Shown here: positions 48,573 to 59,026 of the stretch, piece after piece
Layout of the letters: each line of letters begins with the position of its first letter
How positions within the stretch are numbered: the stretch's first letter is position 1
DNA from: Desulfatiglandales bacterium
GTDB lineage: Bacteria; Desulfobacterota; DSM-4660; Desulfatiglandales; Desulfatiglandaceae
Length of the DNA stretch: 64,000 nucleotides
Reading direction: 5' to 3'
Assembly (NCBI GenBank): GCA_963666345.1
Contig: OY762721.1
Coordinates: forward strand, 3,776,001-3,840,000
Notes under the pieces: generated by a model
What the model saw: the letters and a program-made list of their open reading frames with translations, nothing else
Database searches by the model: none
Told to the model about the DNA's origin: nothing
Position numbers and translations under genes: made by a program

Positions 48573-51164
48573 TTACATGGCATTGGCAACAATTTCGGTG
48601 ATGTCCATTATCTTTATCTTCCCGCGTTCCTCCTTGGGGATGGCCTTTGCGCCTTTTCGAAGGTTGTCCTTGCATGCGGCACAGCCGGAAACGATAATCT
48701 CGGCTCCTACTTCAAGGGCGTCCCTGACTCTTTCTTCAGCCATGTCAACCGACATTTCAGGGTTGTTGGCGCTCACCCCGCCTCCTCCGCCGCAGCATCT
48801 GGCATGGAGCCTGTTGCGCGCCATTTCCACATATTCTAGTCCCGGTATGGCCTTGAGTATGTTTCTCGGCTCCTCAAAAATCTTGAAAGCCCTTCCAAGA
48901 TCGCACGGATCATGGTAGGTAACCTTTTTGCCCAGCTCTTTGCTGAATGTGATCTTTCCCTCATTGATAAGTCTTTCCAGATAATGCACCGAGTGGTAGA
49001 CATCAAGGCCCAGGTCTCCCACTTGAGGGTAGATCTTTTTGAAGGTCTTGTAGCAACCCGCACAGGGCGTGACGAGTTCGCGGGCACCTGTGGCCCTTAT
49101 CTTTTCAATGACCTTTTCCGCGTGTTCCTCGAAGTCGTCCGCGCCCATGAGAAAGAGCGGAAAACCGCAGCAGCCCTCGTCCGCAGCCAGTGTGGTATAT
49201 TCGATTCCTGCCTCCTCAAGAGGTTTTATAAGGCTTGGCACCATTTTCATGTCAAGATAGCTGGGCACACAACCCATGAATAGGAGCGTATCCGCCCTGG
49301 ACTTCAGCTTCCCGTTCCTTATCCTCTCCTTGAGAACAGGAGGATAGATGTCAATCCTGTCTTCTTCGGCGCTTGCATAGACATTACCTGTTTTGCCGAT
49401 ATTCTCCCTTACCGCCATGACAGGTTCAGGCGTGAGTCCGTCATTGAAGAGCTTTTTTCTGACCCCTTCGACGATTTCGTCTACCTTTACCTGGGCCGGA
49501 CAGAAGTAGGTACATGCCTGACAGGTGGTGCAGCTGTAAAATGCCTCCGCGAGGTCGGATGAAGCTGGAAGGGTACCGTAGATGTAATTAAAGGCGAGTG
49601 CATTACGGCCCCTGGCGTTTCTCGATTCCCTGTGGGTTATGCTGAATGTGGGGCAACCCAGCCTGCAGAATCCGCAGTGGATGCAGGCGATTACCTCGTT
49701 GTCGAGTTCAAGGCCGAGTGAATTGACACCTTCCGGGTGATCAAGCAGCGGCTTGAAGGCGAAGTAGTCATATATGTCGTACTTTTTCTTTTCAAGCCCC
49801 ATCTTGCCGGGATTCAGGATGTTGTTGGGGTCGAGTGCGTCCTTTATGGTCCTCATGACATCAAGCGCAGGCCCGAGCTGCTTTTCTATGTACGGCGCCC
49901 GTGCAAGTCCGGTCCCATGTTCGGCTGTCACGGTCCCGCCCATCTCGATGGCCAGATCGGCAAGTTCATCCGCGGCCGGTTTGAGTCTGTCCCATTCGTC
50001 CCTGCTTCTCATGTCGGTTACAAAGGTCGTGTGAACGTTTCCATCCCCGATGTGGCCGAATGTGGTTATGAGAAGCCGGTATTTGTCGGAGATCTCCTGC
50101 GCCCTTTTTATGACTTCGGGAATCCTTGTCGGGGGGATGCCCAGATCCTCTGAAATGGCCACGAGCCTGTTTCCCGGTTTTATCCTGGAAAGGGTAGGCA
50201 CAAGTTTTCCGCGTGCCTCCATTATCTCGGCCGCCTTGGCAGGGTCGTCACTCCATGTGAATTCCTTTACATCACGGCTCCGGCATATCTCCCTGATCCT
50301 TTCCATGTCTTTTACGACGGTTTCCTCCACGCCGTCTGACTCTATGATGAGCATGGCCTCTATGCCGGTGATGTCTCTTTCAATGGCCTTTTCAACGACC
50401 TTGAGGGAGTATTTGTCCAAGATTTCGCAGGCCGTCAACTGAATGCCTGATCCTATTATGTCCTTGACCGCATTACCCGCGGCAAACAGGTCATCGAATA
50501 TTGCCAGGGCCAGGGCGTTGTATTCAGGAACTACCTGAATCGCGACGGTTATTTGCGTTATTATGCCGAGGGTGCCTTCAGAACTCGCAAAGACCCGGTT
50601 GAGATCGTAACCGAAGGAGGATTTCGGGGTTTTGAACCCCGTTTCAATGATAGTCCCGTCGGCAAGTACCACCTTCATGGCCTTGAGATAATCCCTGGCG
50701 GTTCCATATTTGACCGCCCTGTGGCCGCTTGAGTTGGTTGACATCATGCCGCCTATGGTGGCTATCGCCTCGCTTCCCGGGTTGGGGGGGAACATAAGGT
50801 TATGTTCGGCGAGAGCCGCATTGAGCTGGTTGCAGATCACGCCCGGTTCAACGGTGGCGTAAAAGTTGTCCTTGTTTATTTCCAGGATGCTGTTCATCCT
50901 GTGGAGATCAAGCAGGATGCCGCCCTTTACCGGAAGGGAGGCGCCCGTTGTCGCGGTGCCTGAACCCTGAACCGTTACCGGCATTCCATGGCTGTTCGCG
51001 AGACTCATTATCCCTGATATCTGCTCGGTGGTAGTGGCGAATACAACGGCATCAGGAATGCCTTCGTGAACGGAAAGGTCCCTTGAATAGGAAATGCATT
51101 CAACAGGACCGGTAAAGACATTTTCCTGGCCTACGATCTGGATAATCTTAGGTATTATATCCAT
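48573..51164 (-). CDS. FAD-linked oxidase (GlcD-like) fused to Fe-S/CCG domains (GlcF-like)
   Basis: 'GHIGDGNVH', 'AEHGTG'; two 4Fe-4S motifs; 'CCG' motifs; 'YHDPC'. Confidence 0.92.
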   Translation of the reverse strand: MDIIPKIIQIVGQENVFTGPVECISYSRDLSVHEGIPDAVVFATTTEQISGIMSLANSHGMPVTVQGSGTATTGASLPVKGGILLDLHRMNSILEINKDNFYATVEPGVICNQLNAALAEHNLMFPPNPGSEAIATIGGMMSTNSSGHRAVKYGTARDYLKAMKVVLADGTIIETGFKTPKSSFGYDLNRVFASSEGTLGIITQITVAIQVVPEYNALALAIFDDLFAAGNAVKDIIGSGIQLTACEILDKYSLKVVEKAIERDITGIEAMLIIESDGVEETVVKDMERIREICRSRDVKEFTWSDDPAKAAEIMEARGKLVPTLSRIKPGNRLVAISEDLGIPPTRIPEVIKRAQEISDKYRLLITTFGHIGDGNVHTTFVTDMRSRDEWDRLKPAADELADLAIEMGGTVTAEHGTGLARAPYIEKQLGPALDVMRTIKDALDPNNILNPGKMGLEKKKYDIYDYFAFKPLLDHPEGVNSLGLELDNEVIACIHCGFCRLGCPTFSITHRESRNARGRNALAFNYIYGTLPASSDLAEAFYSCTTCQACTYFCPAQVKVDEIVEGVRKKLFNDGLTPEPVMAVRENIGKTGNVYASAEEDRIDIYPPVLKERIRNGKLKSRADTLLFMGCVPSYLDMKMVPSLIKPLEEAGIEYTTLAADEGCCGFPLFLMGADDFEEHAEKVIEKIRATGARELVTPCAGCYKTFKKIYPQVGDLGLDVYHSVHYLERLINEGKITFSKELGKKVTYHDPCDLGRAFKIFEEPRNILKAIPGLEYVEMARNRLHARCCGGGGGVSANNPEMSVDMAEERVRDALEVGAEIIVSGCAACKDNLRKGAKAIPKEERGKIKIMDITEIVANAM

Positions 51165-51390
51165 TTCTTGACCTCCTCAGCCGGTTTTAAGACATCTGGA
51201 AGAAAACAAAGTGGGGAAATGGAAAGTAAACAATTATGGCTATTATTTAGCTATAAAGTGACTATAAAACAGCGCTGAAGGGCTTGTCAAGTCAAATAAC
51301 CTGCAGCATAACCAAGTTGATGGAAGATCGATAATAGAATACCGGGCGCGATTATGGAAACGTGTATAATGTGGATTATATCATGTTTTT

Positions 51391-53394
51391 CTAATCAGGG
51401 GATCTTATTTCCAGCTGTTTTTTCTCAAGCCCTTTGATCCTGTCACGATATTGAGCCGCTTTTTCAAAATCAAGTCCGGCGGCAGCCTCCTTCATCTTCT
51501 CTGTGATTTCTGAGATCATGTCGTCAAGATCTTCGGGAGTTGCATAAAATGCCTCATCCTCAGCCGCCATGGGAAGATCCACATAGTCGGCTTCATAGAC
51601 CGAACTCAATATATTCCGGATGTTTTTACGTATGGAGGTAGGTGTAATGCCGTTCAGGCGGTTGTATTCCCCCTGGCGGCTCCGCCGCCTGTCGCTTTCC
51701 TCGAGGGTACGCCTGATGGATTCGGTCAGCCTGTCCGCATAAAGGACGACCGTTCCGTTTACATTTCTTGCGGCCCTGCCGCAGGTCTGTATCAGGGATC
51801 TCTCTGATCTCAGAAATCCCTCCTTGTCTGCATCCAGGATCGCCACGAGGGAGACTTCGGGAAGGTCAAGCCCCTCTCTGAGCAGATTTATCCCTACTAG
51901 GACGTCAAAAAGGCCCAGCCTCAGGTCCCTGATGATTTCCATCCTCTCTATGGTCTTGATGTCGGAGTGCATATAACGAACGCGCACGTTAAGTTCGGAA
52001 TAGTATTCCGTGAGATTTTCGGCCATTATTTTTGTAAGGGTCGTAACAAGGACCCTTTCATTTTTTTCCGCCCTCTGTCTTATCAGCCCGAGGAGATCGT
52101 CAACCTGATTTGAGGCGGGCCTTATAATGATTTCAGGGTCCAGAAGACCTGTGGGCCTTATTATCTGCTCGGCAGTCATCTGAGTAACTTCAAGCTCGTA
52201 ATGCCCGGGTGTGGCGGAGACATAAATGGTCTGAGGCACCCTTTCCCTGAATTCCTCGAATTGAAGAGGCCTGTTATCCAGGGCCGAGGGGAGTCTGAAT
52301 CCGTAATTTACAAGGGTTTCCTTTCTGGATCGGTCTCCCCTGTACATCCCGTTCAACTGAGGTATGGTGATATGGCTTTCATCTATGATGACAAGGAAAT
52401 TTTTAGGAAAATAATCGAGCAGAGTGGGTGGCGGTTCTCCCTGGTTCCTTCCCGTAAGGTGCCGCGAATAGTTCTCTATGCCGTGACAGTAACCCACCTC
52501 CAGCATCATTTCCAGATCGAAAAGCGTCCGTTCTTCAATCCTCTGGGCCTCCAGGAGCTTGTCCCGAGACCTTAAATATCGAAGCCTATCCTTCAACTCC
52601 TCCTTTATCCCGGTTATGGCACGCTCTCTTATCTTTGTGGTGGTGACATAGTGGCTGGCGGGGTAGACGGTTATCCTGCCAAGGTCCTGAATGATCTTCC
52701 CTGTCAGCGGATCTATCTCCTTTATCTCCTCCACCTCGTCTCCGAAGAAGCATAGCCTAACGGCCCTGTCTTCCTCGTGAACCGGATAAATGTCCAGTAT
52801 GTCGCCCCTTACACGGAACCTGCCCCTGAAAAAATCTATCTCACCTCTTTCATAGTGGATCTCGACTAGCTTTTTGACCGCATCATCCCTTGAAAGAAGA
52901 GAGCCCTTTTCCACGTATAAGAGCATGTCATGATACGCTTCAGGGGATCCCAGTCCATATATGCATGACACGCTTGCCACTATGATGACATCATCCCTGT
53001 CCAGAAGGGATCTGGTCGCGGCATGGCGCATCTTGTCTATCTGTTCGTTAATGGAGGAATCCTTCTGGATATAGGTATCCGACTGGGGTATGTATGCCTC
53101 GGGCTGATAATAGTCATAGTAACTGACAAAGTATTCCACGGCATTTTGAGGGAAAAGATTTTTGATCTCTCCATATAGCTGGGCTGCAAGGGTCTTGTTG
53201 GGCGCCATTATCAGAGTGGGTTTCTGTGCCTTGGCAATGACATGCGCCATGGTGAACGTCTTGCCAGATCCCGTCACTCCCAACAGCACCTGGTGCGACA
53301 GTCCCTTATCTATTCCCTCTGAGAGCAGACTTATGGCGTTGGGTTGATCACCGCACGGTGTCAGGTCGGTAACAAGAGAAAAGGGTGCGCCCAT
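51391..53394 (-). CDS. uvrB: Excinuclease ABC subunit B
   Basis: 'GVTGSGKT', '[10 protein letters not shown]', 'DESH', '[10 protein letters not shown]'. Confidence 0.98.
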   Translation of the reverse strand: MGAPFSLVTDLTPCGDQPNAISLLSEGIDKGLSHQVLLGVTGSGKTFTMAHVIAKAQKPTLIMAPNKTLAAQLYGEIKNLFPQNAVEYFVSYYDYYQPEAYIPQSDTYIQKDSSINEQIDKMRHAATRSLLDRDDVIIVASVSCIYGLGSPEAYHDMLLYVEKGSLLSRDDAVKKLVEIHYERGEIDFFRGRFRVRGDILDIYPVHEEDRAVRLCFFGDEVEEIKEIDPLTGKIIQDLGRITVYPASHYVTTTKIRERAITGIKEELKDRLRYLRSRDKLLEAQRIEERTLFDLEMMLEVGYCHGIENYSRHLTGRNQGEPPPTLLDYFPKNFLVIIDESHITIPQLNGMYRGDRSRKETLVNYGFRLPSALDNRPLQFEEFRERVPQTIYVSATPGHYELEVTQMTAEQIIRPTGLLDPEIIIRPASNQVDDLLGLIRQRAEKNERVLVTTLTKIMAENLTEYYSELNVRVRYMHSDIKTIERMEIIRDLRLGLFDVLVGINLLREGLDLPEVSLVAILDADKEGFLRSERSLIQTCGRAARNVNGTVVLYADRLTESIRRTLEESDRRRSRQGEYNRLNGITPTSIRKNIRNILSSVYEADYVDLPMAAEDEAFYATPEDLDDMISEITEKMKEAAAGLDFEKAAQYRDRIKGLEKKQLEIRSPD

Positions 53395-53580
53395 TTGACT
53401 ATTCCGTTTAAGACTGTTTGATTATGGAAACCCATGTTGTCCGGGTGTTTTTTGCCCCCGGTCGCGGCTTCCGTAACAAACAACCGATTAATGGCAGGAC
53501 AAAAAAATATCCCGGAAAAATTAACAGGAGGCATCGCCTCCTGATTTTTTATCTCCGAAATTAGGTGTGCAAAGACTCGG

Positions 53581-54078
53581 CTACAGGTCCCTGTTATTGC
53601 GAGGTGCCGCTACAAGGCTTGCAACCGCATATGCCTCTATACCTTCAAGCCGGCCGCAAAAACCCATCTTTTCCGTGGTCGTGGCCTTTATGCTGACTAA
53701 GGATTTATCGGATTTGAGCGCCCCTGAAATATTTGTTTTCATGCCGTCAATGTATGTCGAAAGCATCGGTTCCTGGGCGCAGATGGTGGAATCGATATTG
53801 TTTACGCCGAAGCCCTCCCTTTCAGCCATCTCCATTACATTTTCAAGGAGGGATATACTTGAAGCACCTTTGTACAGCGGGTCCTTGTCAGGAAAATGTT
53901 TGCCTATATCGCCCAATGCAAGGGCCCCTAAAATGGCGTCCATAATGGCGTGGGTAAGCACGTCGGCGTCACTATGCCCCTCAAGCCCGAACGCATGAGG
54001 GATATTTATCCCGCCCAGGATAAGAGGCCTGCCCTTTACCAGACGGTGCGCGTCGTATCCAAAACCTATTCGAAACAA
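53581..54078 (-). CDS. ispF: 2-C-methyl-D-erythritol 2,4-cyclodiphosphate synthase
   Basis: 'GFGYDAH', 'HSDADV', 'KATTTEKMGF'. Confidence 0.96.
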   Translation of the reverse strand: MFRIGFGYDAHRLVKGRPLILGGINIPHAFGLEGHSDADVLTHAIMDAILGALALGDIGKHFPDKDPLYKGASSISLLENVMEMAEREGFGVNNIDSTICAQEPMLSTYIDGMKTNISGALKSDKSLVSIKATTTEKMGFCGRLEGIEAYAVASLVAAPRNNRDL

Positions 54079-54225
54079 ATTACCCTCTTAAGAATATAAG
54101 CTGTTTGCGAAGATCGATGCGAGTGTCTTCCTTTGATCCGGGATTACAGCCGCTCAGTTACGGATTATCCGCTTGTTTTGTCTGACAAGCTTCAAATCTG
54201 ATCGGGAGATGACCCATGACTTATT

Positions 54226-54453
54226 CTAGTGGCATGTACTGCAGTTTCCACCGGAACAGGAGGCGCAAGCGGAAGAAGATGAACCTGAAGAGTCGATTGA
54301 TTCTTCGCCTTTGCTCTTAAATCCGCAGGCGGAAATGAGCCGCTCCAGTTTTTCCCCGTCGCATTGCGGGCAGCAGATCTTGCCGCTGCTTTTAAAGACA
54401 AGTGCCTCAAATTCATTTTCGCAGTCGAGGCATCTGAATTCATATATAGGCAT
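54226..54453 (-). CDS. FmdB-family zinc ribbon protein
   Basis: 'MPIYEFRCLDC..CPQC'. Confidence 0.9.
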   Translation of the reverse strand: MPIYEFRCLDCENEFEALVFKSSGKICCPQCDGEKLERLISACGFKSKGEESIDSSGSSSSACASCSGGNCSTCH

Positions 54454-54476
54454 AGAAAATCCTTTCCTTGTTTGTT

Positions 54477-55424
54477 TTATTGATCAAGCCCTTCAATTAT
54501 TGCCGCAGCCATAAGAGGGAACATTATTTCGTGATGGCCAACGAGATTAAAGCCTTTTCCCCCTTCAAGAGTAGGTCGGTTGACAACATTTGTTATAGGC
54601 CTGTACTGCTTGATAAAATCCATATTAACGGTGGTCACGTCTTTAACCTCAAACCCGAGGTTCCTGACAAGGCTCAACGCCTTTAGAAAGACTTCCGGCA
54701 TGATTACGGCTGAGCCGAGGTTGATAAAAACACCTCCCTCAAGACCGGACACGAGGCCTGAAAATATCCTGAAATCCTTGTGGGATGCCTTTCCTATGGA
54801 CCCCCCGTCGGCCTGTGGGTGAAAATGAATTATATCCGTTCCTATTGCCACATGAACCGTTACGGGTATTTCCAGTTCGAAGGCCCTGGCAAGCAGACTG
54901 AGCCTGTTGTAGGGGAACCCTTCCCTGACAAGCATTTCTCCCACTGATCTGCCCAGACCCATGTCCTTTGAGGCTCCCTCTACTATGGCCCTGTTTATAT
55001 GACGTCCGGTCTCTTCCGCCATCCCGAATCTGCCTTCACCGATTTCAGCAGCCACGTCCTCCGATGTATGCCCTACCATCGCGATTTCGGAATCATGTAT
55101 GATTCCGGCTCCATTCAGGGCGAGCCCGGTTATTAACCCTCTTTCCATCAGTTCGAGAATGACGGGATTTAATCCGACCTTGATAGGATGAGCACCCATT
55201 GCAAGTATTATGGTTCTTCCTGAAGAGTGAGCCCTTAAAATTCTCTCCACCGCCTCTTTCATGTCTTCCGCTGCGAGGGTATGCGGCAATGTCTTGAACC
55301 AATCGGAAAGAGATCCGCCGGGCGCCCAGGCACGGCCGAAATGTTCAAGCCTGATCTTGCTTTTCCTTCCCTTAAGCGGATAGGATTTTACCTTTTTAAG
55401 TGATATGGGTTTTATTTCCGTCAT
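54477..55424 (-). CDS. Conserved hypothetical protein (deoxyhypusine-synthase-like fold, by inference)
   Basis: 'MGAHPIKVG', 'IHDSE', 'GSAVIMPEVFLK', 'GHHEIM'. Confidence 0.75.
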   Translation of the reverse strand: MTEIKPISLKKVKSYPLKGRKSKIRLEHFGRAWAPGGSLSDWFKTLPHTLAAEDMKEAVERILRAHSSGRTIILAMGAHPIKVGLNPVILELMERGLITGLALNGAGIIHDSEIAMVGHTSEDVAAEIGEGRFGMAEETGRHINRAIVEGASKDMGLGRSVGEMLVREGFPYNRLSLLARAFELEIPVTVHVAIGTDIIHFHPQADGGSIGKASHKDFRIFSGLVSGLEGGVFINLGSAVIMPEVFLKALSLVRNLGFEVKDVTTVNMDFIKQYRPITNVVNRPTLEGGKGFNLVGHHEIMFPLMAAAIIEGLDQ

Positions 55425-55436
55425 ATCATTCCACTG

Positions 55437-56030
55437 TTAAACCGTCTCATTTGTCATGTGCCCCTGAAAGAGCATATGGTCCACAAGCTCACATAGTATA
55501 TGGCCGGCAAGTATATGGGATTCCTGTATCCTCGCTGTACACTGGCCTTTTGCAATTATTGCAAGATCCACTATTCCTGCAAGCTTGCCTCCGTCCTTGC
55601 CCAGGAAGGCAGCCGTATACATACCCTGAATCCTGGCGTCTTTTACGGCGGATAGGAGATTCTCCGAATTACCGCTGGTACTTATTGCGAGCAGGACGTC
55701 TCCATCCATGCCGAGCGCCTTGATCTGTTTGGAAAATATCTCATTAAAGGAATAATCGTTCCCGATGCTGGTAATTATTGACGAATCGGTGGTAAGCGCC
55801 ATCGCAGGAAGGGGAGGGCGTTCAAGTGAAATCTTGTTAACAAACTCCGCCGCAATGTGCTGAGAGTCAGCCGCACTTCCGCCGTTTCCGCAGATCATGA
55901 GCTTCCTGTCTCCGGTAAAAGCTGATACAACCTTTTCGGCAAGAAGAATAAGGTTTGAGGTATTTTCCCCGATGAAATTTTCCTTCAGGCTTATGCTTTC
56001 CTTTAATATCCCATGAATAAAGTTTTCCAA
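55437..56030 (-). CDS. gmhA: Phosphoheptose isomerase
   Basis: 'CGNGGSAADSQH', 'ISTSGNS', 'RIQESH'. Confidence 0.96.
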   Translation of the reverse strand: MENFIHGILKESISLKENFIGENTSNLILLAEKVVSAFTGDRKLMICGNGGSAADSQHIAAEFVNKISLERPPLPAMALTTDSSIITSIGNDYSFNEIFSKQIKALGMDGDVLLAISTSGNSENLLSAVKDARIQGMYTAAFLGKDGGKLAGIVDLAIIAKGQCTARIQESHILAGHILCELVDHMLFQGHMTNETV

Positions 56031-56669
56031 TTGATTATTCTCGCTCCTAAGATGAAAAATACTGTCCGGCAGTTCAAAAGCTAAAGCTTTTGAGCCTGAA
56101 TGTCAACTTGGCAAAGGGCACCCCGGTCCGCCATAAAGGCATTATATCCGCCTGCACCCAACGTCCTGACGGGTGCCTGAGACAACATGTAACCCTGATG
56201 GACGGTTGATTATGGATTACTCGAATTCCTGATTTTGATCCTTTATGCAGGGTTGAAAGCCTTTTATCAATAAAATATGGTCCATTTTTTGCCTTTCAAT
56301 TGCTGCGCAGGTCTATTTTTTATTGAAAATGTCTATTCCATGTGATAGACAAATACAACTTTGATTAATTCTCGCATTTTAATCCGCCAGAGGCGAACAG
56401 AGGTTTAATTACCCGAAGCTGGCTTCGTTCGATGGGAATGCATTATAGGTGCCATGAAGTCTCTGGAAACGAAGCGAAAAAATCCGTATCTTAAACGTAA
56501 TCAACGGTGAATTCAATTCCACCTATCAAAAGACTATATGCCCGCCTGATGTGCGGTGGCATTTTGAGATTACTTCATTACATTAATTGCAGGAGGGTAG
56601 AGGTCAAAGTTCGTTGATTGGCGGAAGGGTTTCTTTATCTAATAAACATCAATTAAGGGGGGGAAGATC

Positions 56670-56939
56670 ATGACTAAGGCAGAATTAGTTGCTGAATTGG
56701 CCAAGAAGGCAGATTTAACTAAAGCCGATACCGAGAGAGTTTTAAATTCATTCATCGACGTAGCCAAAAAGACTCTTAAGAAAGAGGGCAGGCTTGCTCT
56801 TGCAGGCTTTGGCTCCTTTGTAGTGTCAAAAAGGAAGGCCCGCAAAGGAAGAAATCCTCAGACAGGTGAACCGATCAAAATCAAAGCCAGTAAGGTTGTA
56901 AGGTTCAAGGCTGGGAAGGCTCTGAAGGAGAAGCTTTAA
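56670..56939 (+). CDS. hup: HU family DNA-binding protein
   Basis: 'MTKAEL', 'GFGSF', 'RKGRNPQTGE'. Confidence 0.95.
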   Translation: MTKAELVAELAKKADLTKADTERVLNSFIDVAKKTLKKEGRLALAGFGSFVVSKRKARKGRNPQTGEPIKIKASKVVRFKAGKALKEKL

Positions 56940-56978
56940 GTCTTAGTCGGTCTTCAAGGATACGGCCTTTATATATTA

Positions 56979-57017
56979 AAACGGCGGGGGCGGTAATGTG
57001 CCACCCGCCTTTTTTTT
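56979..57017. terminator. Terminator between convergent HU and selA
   Basis: GGCGGGG..CACCCGCC followed by T9. Confidence 0.65.
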
Positions 57018-57046
57018 AAACTTCCACCCTAACACCTTTTATATCA

Positions 57047-58459
57047 TCAGCTCAAAGAGGCCAGTTCATTGATCGCCCTTGAGATTATTGAAAGCTCCCT
57101 TTCCTGAATGGTCCTTACGTCCAGAAGCACTCTGTCTCTGTCAAGCCGGGTGATTATCGGCGGGTCATATCCTCGAAGCCATTTTTCAATGAAATTAGCG
57201 GTAAGCCCGGCTGGTAAAAGGGAAATCAGTCGTGAAGGAAATTCGGCAAGGGGAAGCGATCCTCCGCCCGGCCTTGAGACACCGTCAACGAGCTTTATGG
57301 TAAAATTGCCATTGTCCGTATCTCCTATCATCCTGACGAGCCTTTCAGCCTTTGCCGCCATTTTTTCATATGGTTCACAGATCATTCTGAGTGTGGGTAT
57401 ATCATCCAGGGCATTTTTTTCATCCCTGTAAATCCTGAGTGTCTCCTCCAGGGCCACGAGTGTCATCTTGTCTATCCTGAGTGCCCTGTTAACCGGATTT
57501 TGCCTGATTGCCTCTATTATTTCCTTTTTTCCAAGCATTATCCCTGCCTGTGGTCCTCCCAGAAGCTTATCCCCGCTGAAGGTTACCAGATCCGGGCCCT
57601 GCGCCAATACCTCCTTGACCGGAGGCTCTTTGACGATCCCGTATTTGCTGAAATCCACAAAACATCCGCTCCCAAGGTCCTCCATAACCGGTATTCCATA
57701 TTTTTTGCCCAGTTTGACGAGATCCGATAACGGGACCTCACTGGTAAAACCGACAATCTGATAGTTACTCGTGTGTACCTTCAGCAGCAGCGCGGTTTCA
57801 GGACCTATAACACTTTCATAATCCCTGAGATGAGTTTTGTTAGTGGTACCCACATCCACCAGTATCGCACCGCTGCTTCTCATCACATCGGGAATCCTGA
57901 AGGACCCGCCTATCTCTACGAGTTGACCTCTGGAGACCGGTACTTCACGGCCTTTTGCCAGTGTCTCAAGGGCTATAAAAACGGCGGCGGCGTTGTTGTT
58001 CACCACAAGGGCGGCTTCAGCCCCTGTCAGTTCTTTTAGGATGTCGACTACATGGCTGTACCTGCTCCCTCTCCTGCCCTCCTCCAGGTCATATTCAAGA
58101 TTGCTGTACCCGCCTGCAACCGGGTGGATCTTTTCAAGGACGCGCTCGGCCAGTATCGATCTGCCCAGGTTCGTGTGTACCACTATCCCGGTTGCGTTTA
58201 CAAGAGGTCTCAGGCTGGGCCGTGATATGAACGCCGCCTTTTTCGCGACGAGGTCTTCTATCGATTCAAGTCTGATATCCGATTCTTCTGATATTTGGCC
58301 TGAAAGAATTTCCTCCCTGAGTTCGTCGAGTACCTCGGTTATGGCCTTAAGCAGCAGTGAACGGGGGTATGTGCCTGTAATTCCGACAACGGTTTCGGTC
58401 ATCAACAGTCGATCGACAGCAGGGATGTTTCTTAACAGTTCTTGCTTGGGGGTTGTCAT
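57047..58459 (-). CDS. selA: L-seryl-tRNA(Sec) selenium transferase
   Basis: 'NATGIVVHTNLGR', 'VEIGGSFRIPDVM', 'FSGDKLLGGPQAG'. Confidence 0.97.
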   Translation of the reverse strand: MTTPKQELLRNIPAVDRLLMTETVVGITGTYPRSLLLKAITEVLDELREEILSGQISEESDIRLESIEDLVAKKAAFISRPSLRPLVNATGIVVHTNLGRSILAERVLEKIHPVAGGYSNLEYDLEEGRRGSRYSHVVDILKELTGAEAALVVNNNAAAVFIALETLAKGREVPVSRGQLVEIGGSFRIPDVMRSSGAILVDVGTTNKTHLRDYESVIGPETALLLKVHTSNYQIVGFTSEVPLSDLVKLGKKYGIPVMEDLGSGCFVDFSKYGIVKEPPVKEVLAQGPDLVTFSGDKLLGGPQAGIMLGKKEIIEAIRQNPVNRALRIDKMTLVALEETLRIYRDEKNALDDIPTLRMICEPYEKMAAKAERLVRMIGDTDNGNFTIKLVDGVSRPGGGSLPLAEFPSRLISLLPAGLTANFIEKWLRGYDPPIITRLDRDRVLLDVRTIQERELSIISRAINELASLS

Positions 58460-58690
58460 CGGTTTTCCCTCCTTGAGATAATGTGAGAGGCTAGCTGAAA
58501 ATATAATCGTTGTCAATCAGCAGCGCCCTGAACCTCCATCAGGAGGAAATGTGCGACGTATAATGGGGCATACGCCTCGGCAATGGCTCTCCGCTTGCTT
58601 CCGGTATCCTGCGGTTGCCGGGGGGAAGGGTGAAGTCTTATCGGCGGACCCGGATGGGATGGAATTCTATGCCGATCAACAGAAACATGC

Positions 58691-58720
58691 TTGCAAAAAG
58701 AAATGTCTTTGTGGTATAAA
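58691..58720 (+). promoter_or_regulatory. Putative sigma70 promoter of tRNA-His
   Basis: TTGCAA-18 bp-TATAAA with an upstream TG, 11 bp before the tRNA. Confidence 0.6.
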
Positions 58721-58731
58721 TAATTTTTCAT

Positions 58732-58808
58732 GGTGGGTGTAGCTCAGTTGGTAGAGCACTGGGTTGTGGCCCCAGTGGTCGAGGGTTCAAGTCCCTTCAC
58801 TCACCCCA
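58732..58808 (+). tRNA. tRNA-His (GTG)
   Basis: G-1 plus GTGGGTG/CACTCAC acceptor stem, C discriminator, CCA; anticodon arm CTGGG-TTGTGGC-CCCAG; TTCAA T-loop. Confidence 0.97.
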
Positions 58809-58821
58809 TAAAATGCAAAGT

Positions 58822-58850
58822 AAAACAGGGAGCTATATGCTCCCTTTTTT
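58822..58850 (+). terminator. Terminator after tRNA-His
   Basis: AGGGAGC-TATAT-GCTCCCT followed by a T tract. Confidence 0.75.
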
Positions 58851-58955
58851 ATTCGGCCTTCGTAAATGATAAGTCTTTTTTGTGAGATTCGGCAGAGAGG
58901 GAGTTCGGACTGAAATCCGGTTTGCGCTGGAATTGGAAAAGAGGATAAGTGAAGA

Positions 58956-58996
58956 TTAAAAGGCCTTCCGGAAGATTGGCCCGGAAGGCCTTTTAA
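58956..58996 (-). terminator. Terminator hairpin downstream of the glutamate synthase gene
   Basis: TTAAAAGGCCTTCCGG..CCGGAAGGCCTTTTAA, a perfect 16-bp stem. Confidence 0.8.
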
Positions 58997-59026
58997 TGCG
59001 AATATCCTGTTTTCAAAAAAACCGTA

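Noticed and set aside
56031..56669. Structured ncRNA in the long gmhA-HU intergenic region
   Set aside because: No recognisable family motif or convincing long stem was visible by eye; an Rfam scan would be needed.
58732..58808. tRNA-His as an island integration site
   Set aside because: There is no adjacent integrase or duplicated tRNA 3' end, and the flanks are housekeeping genes.
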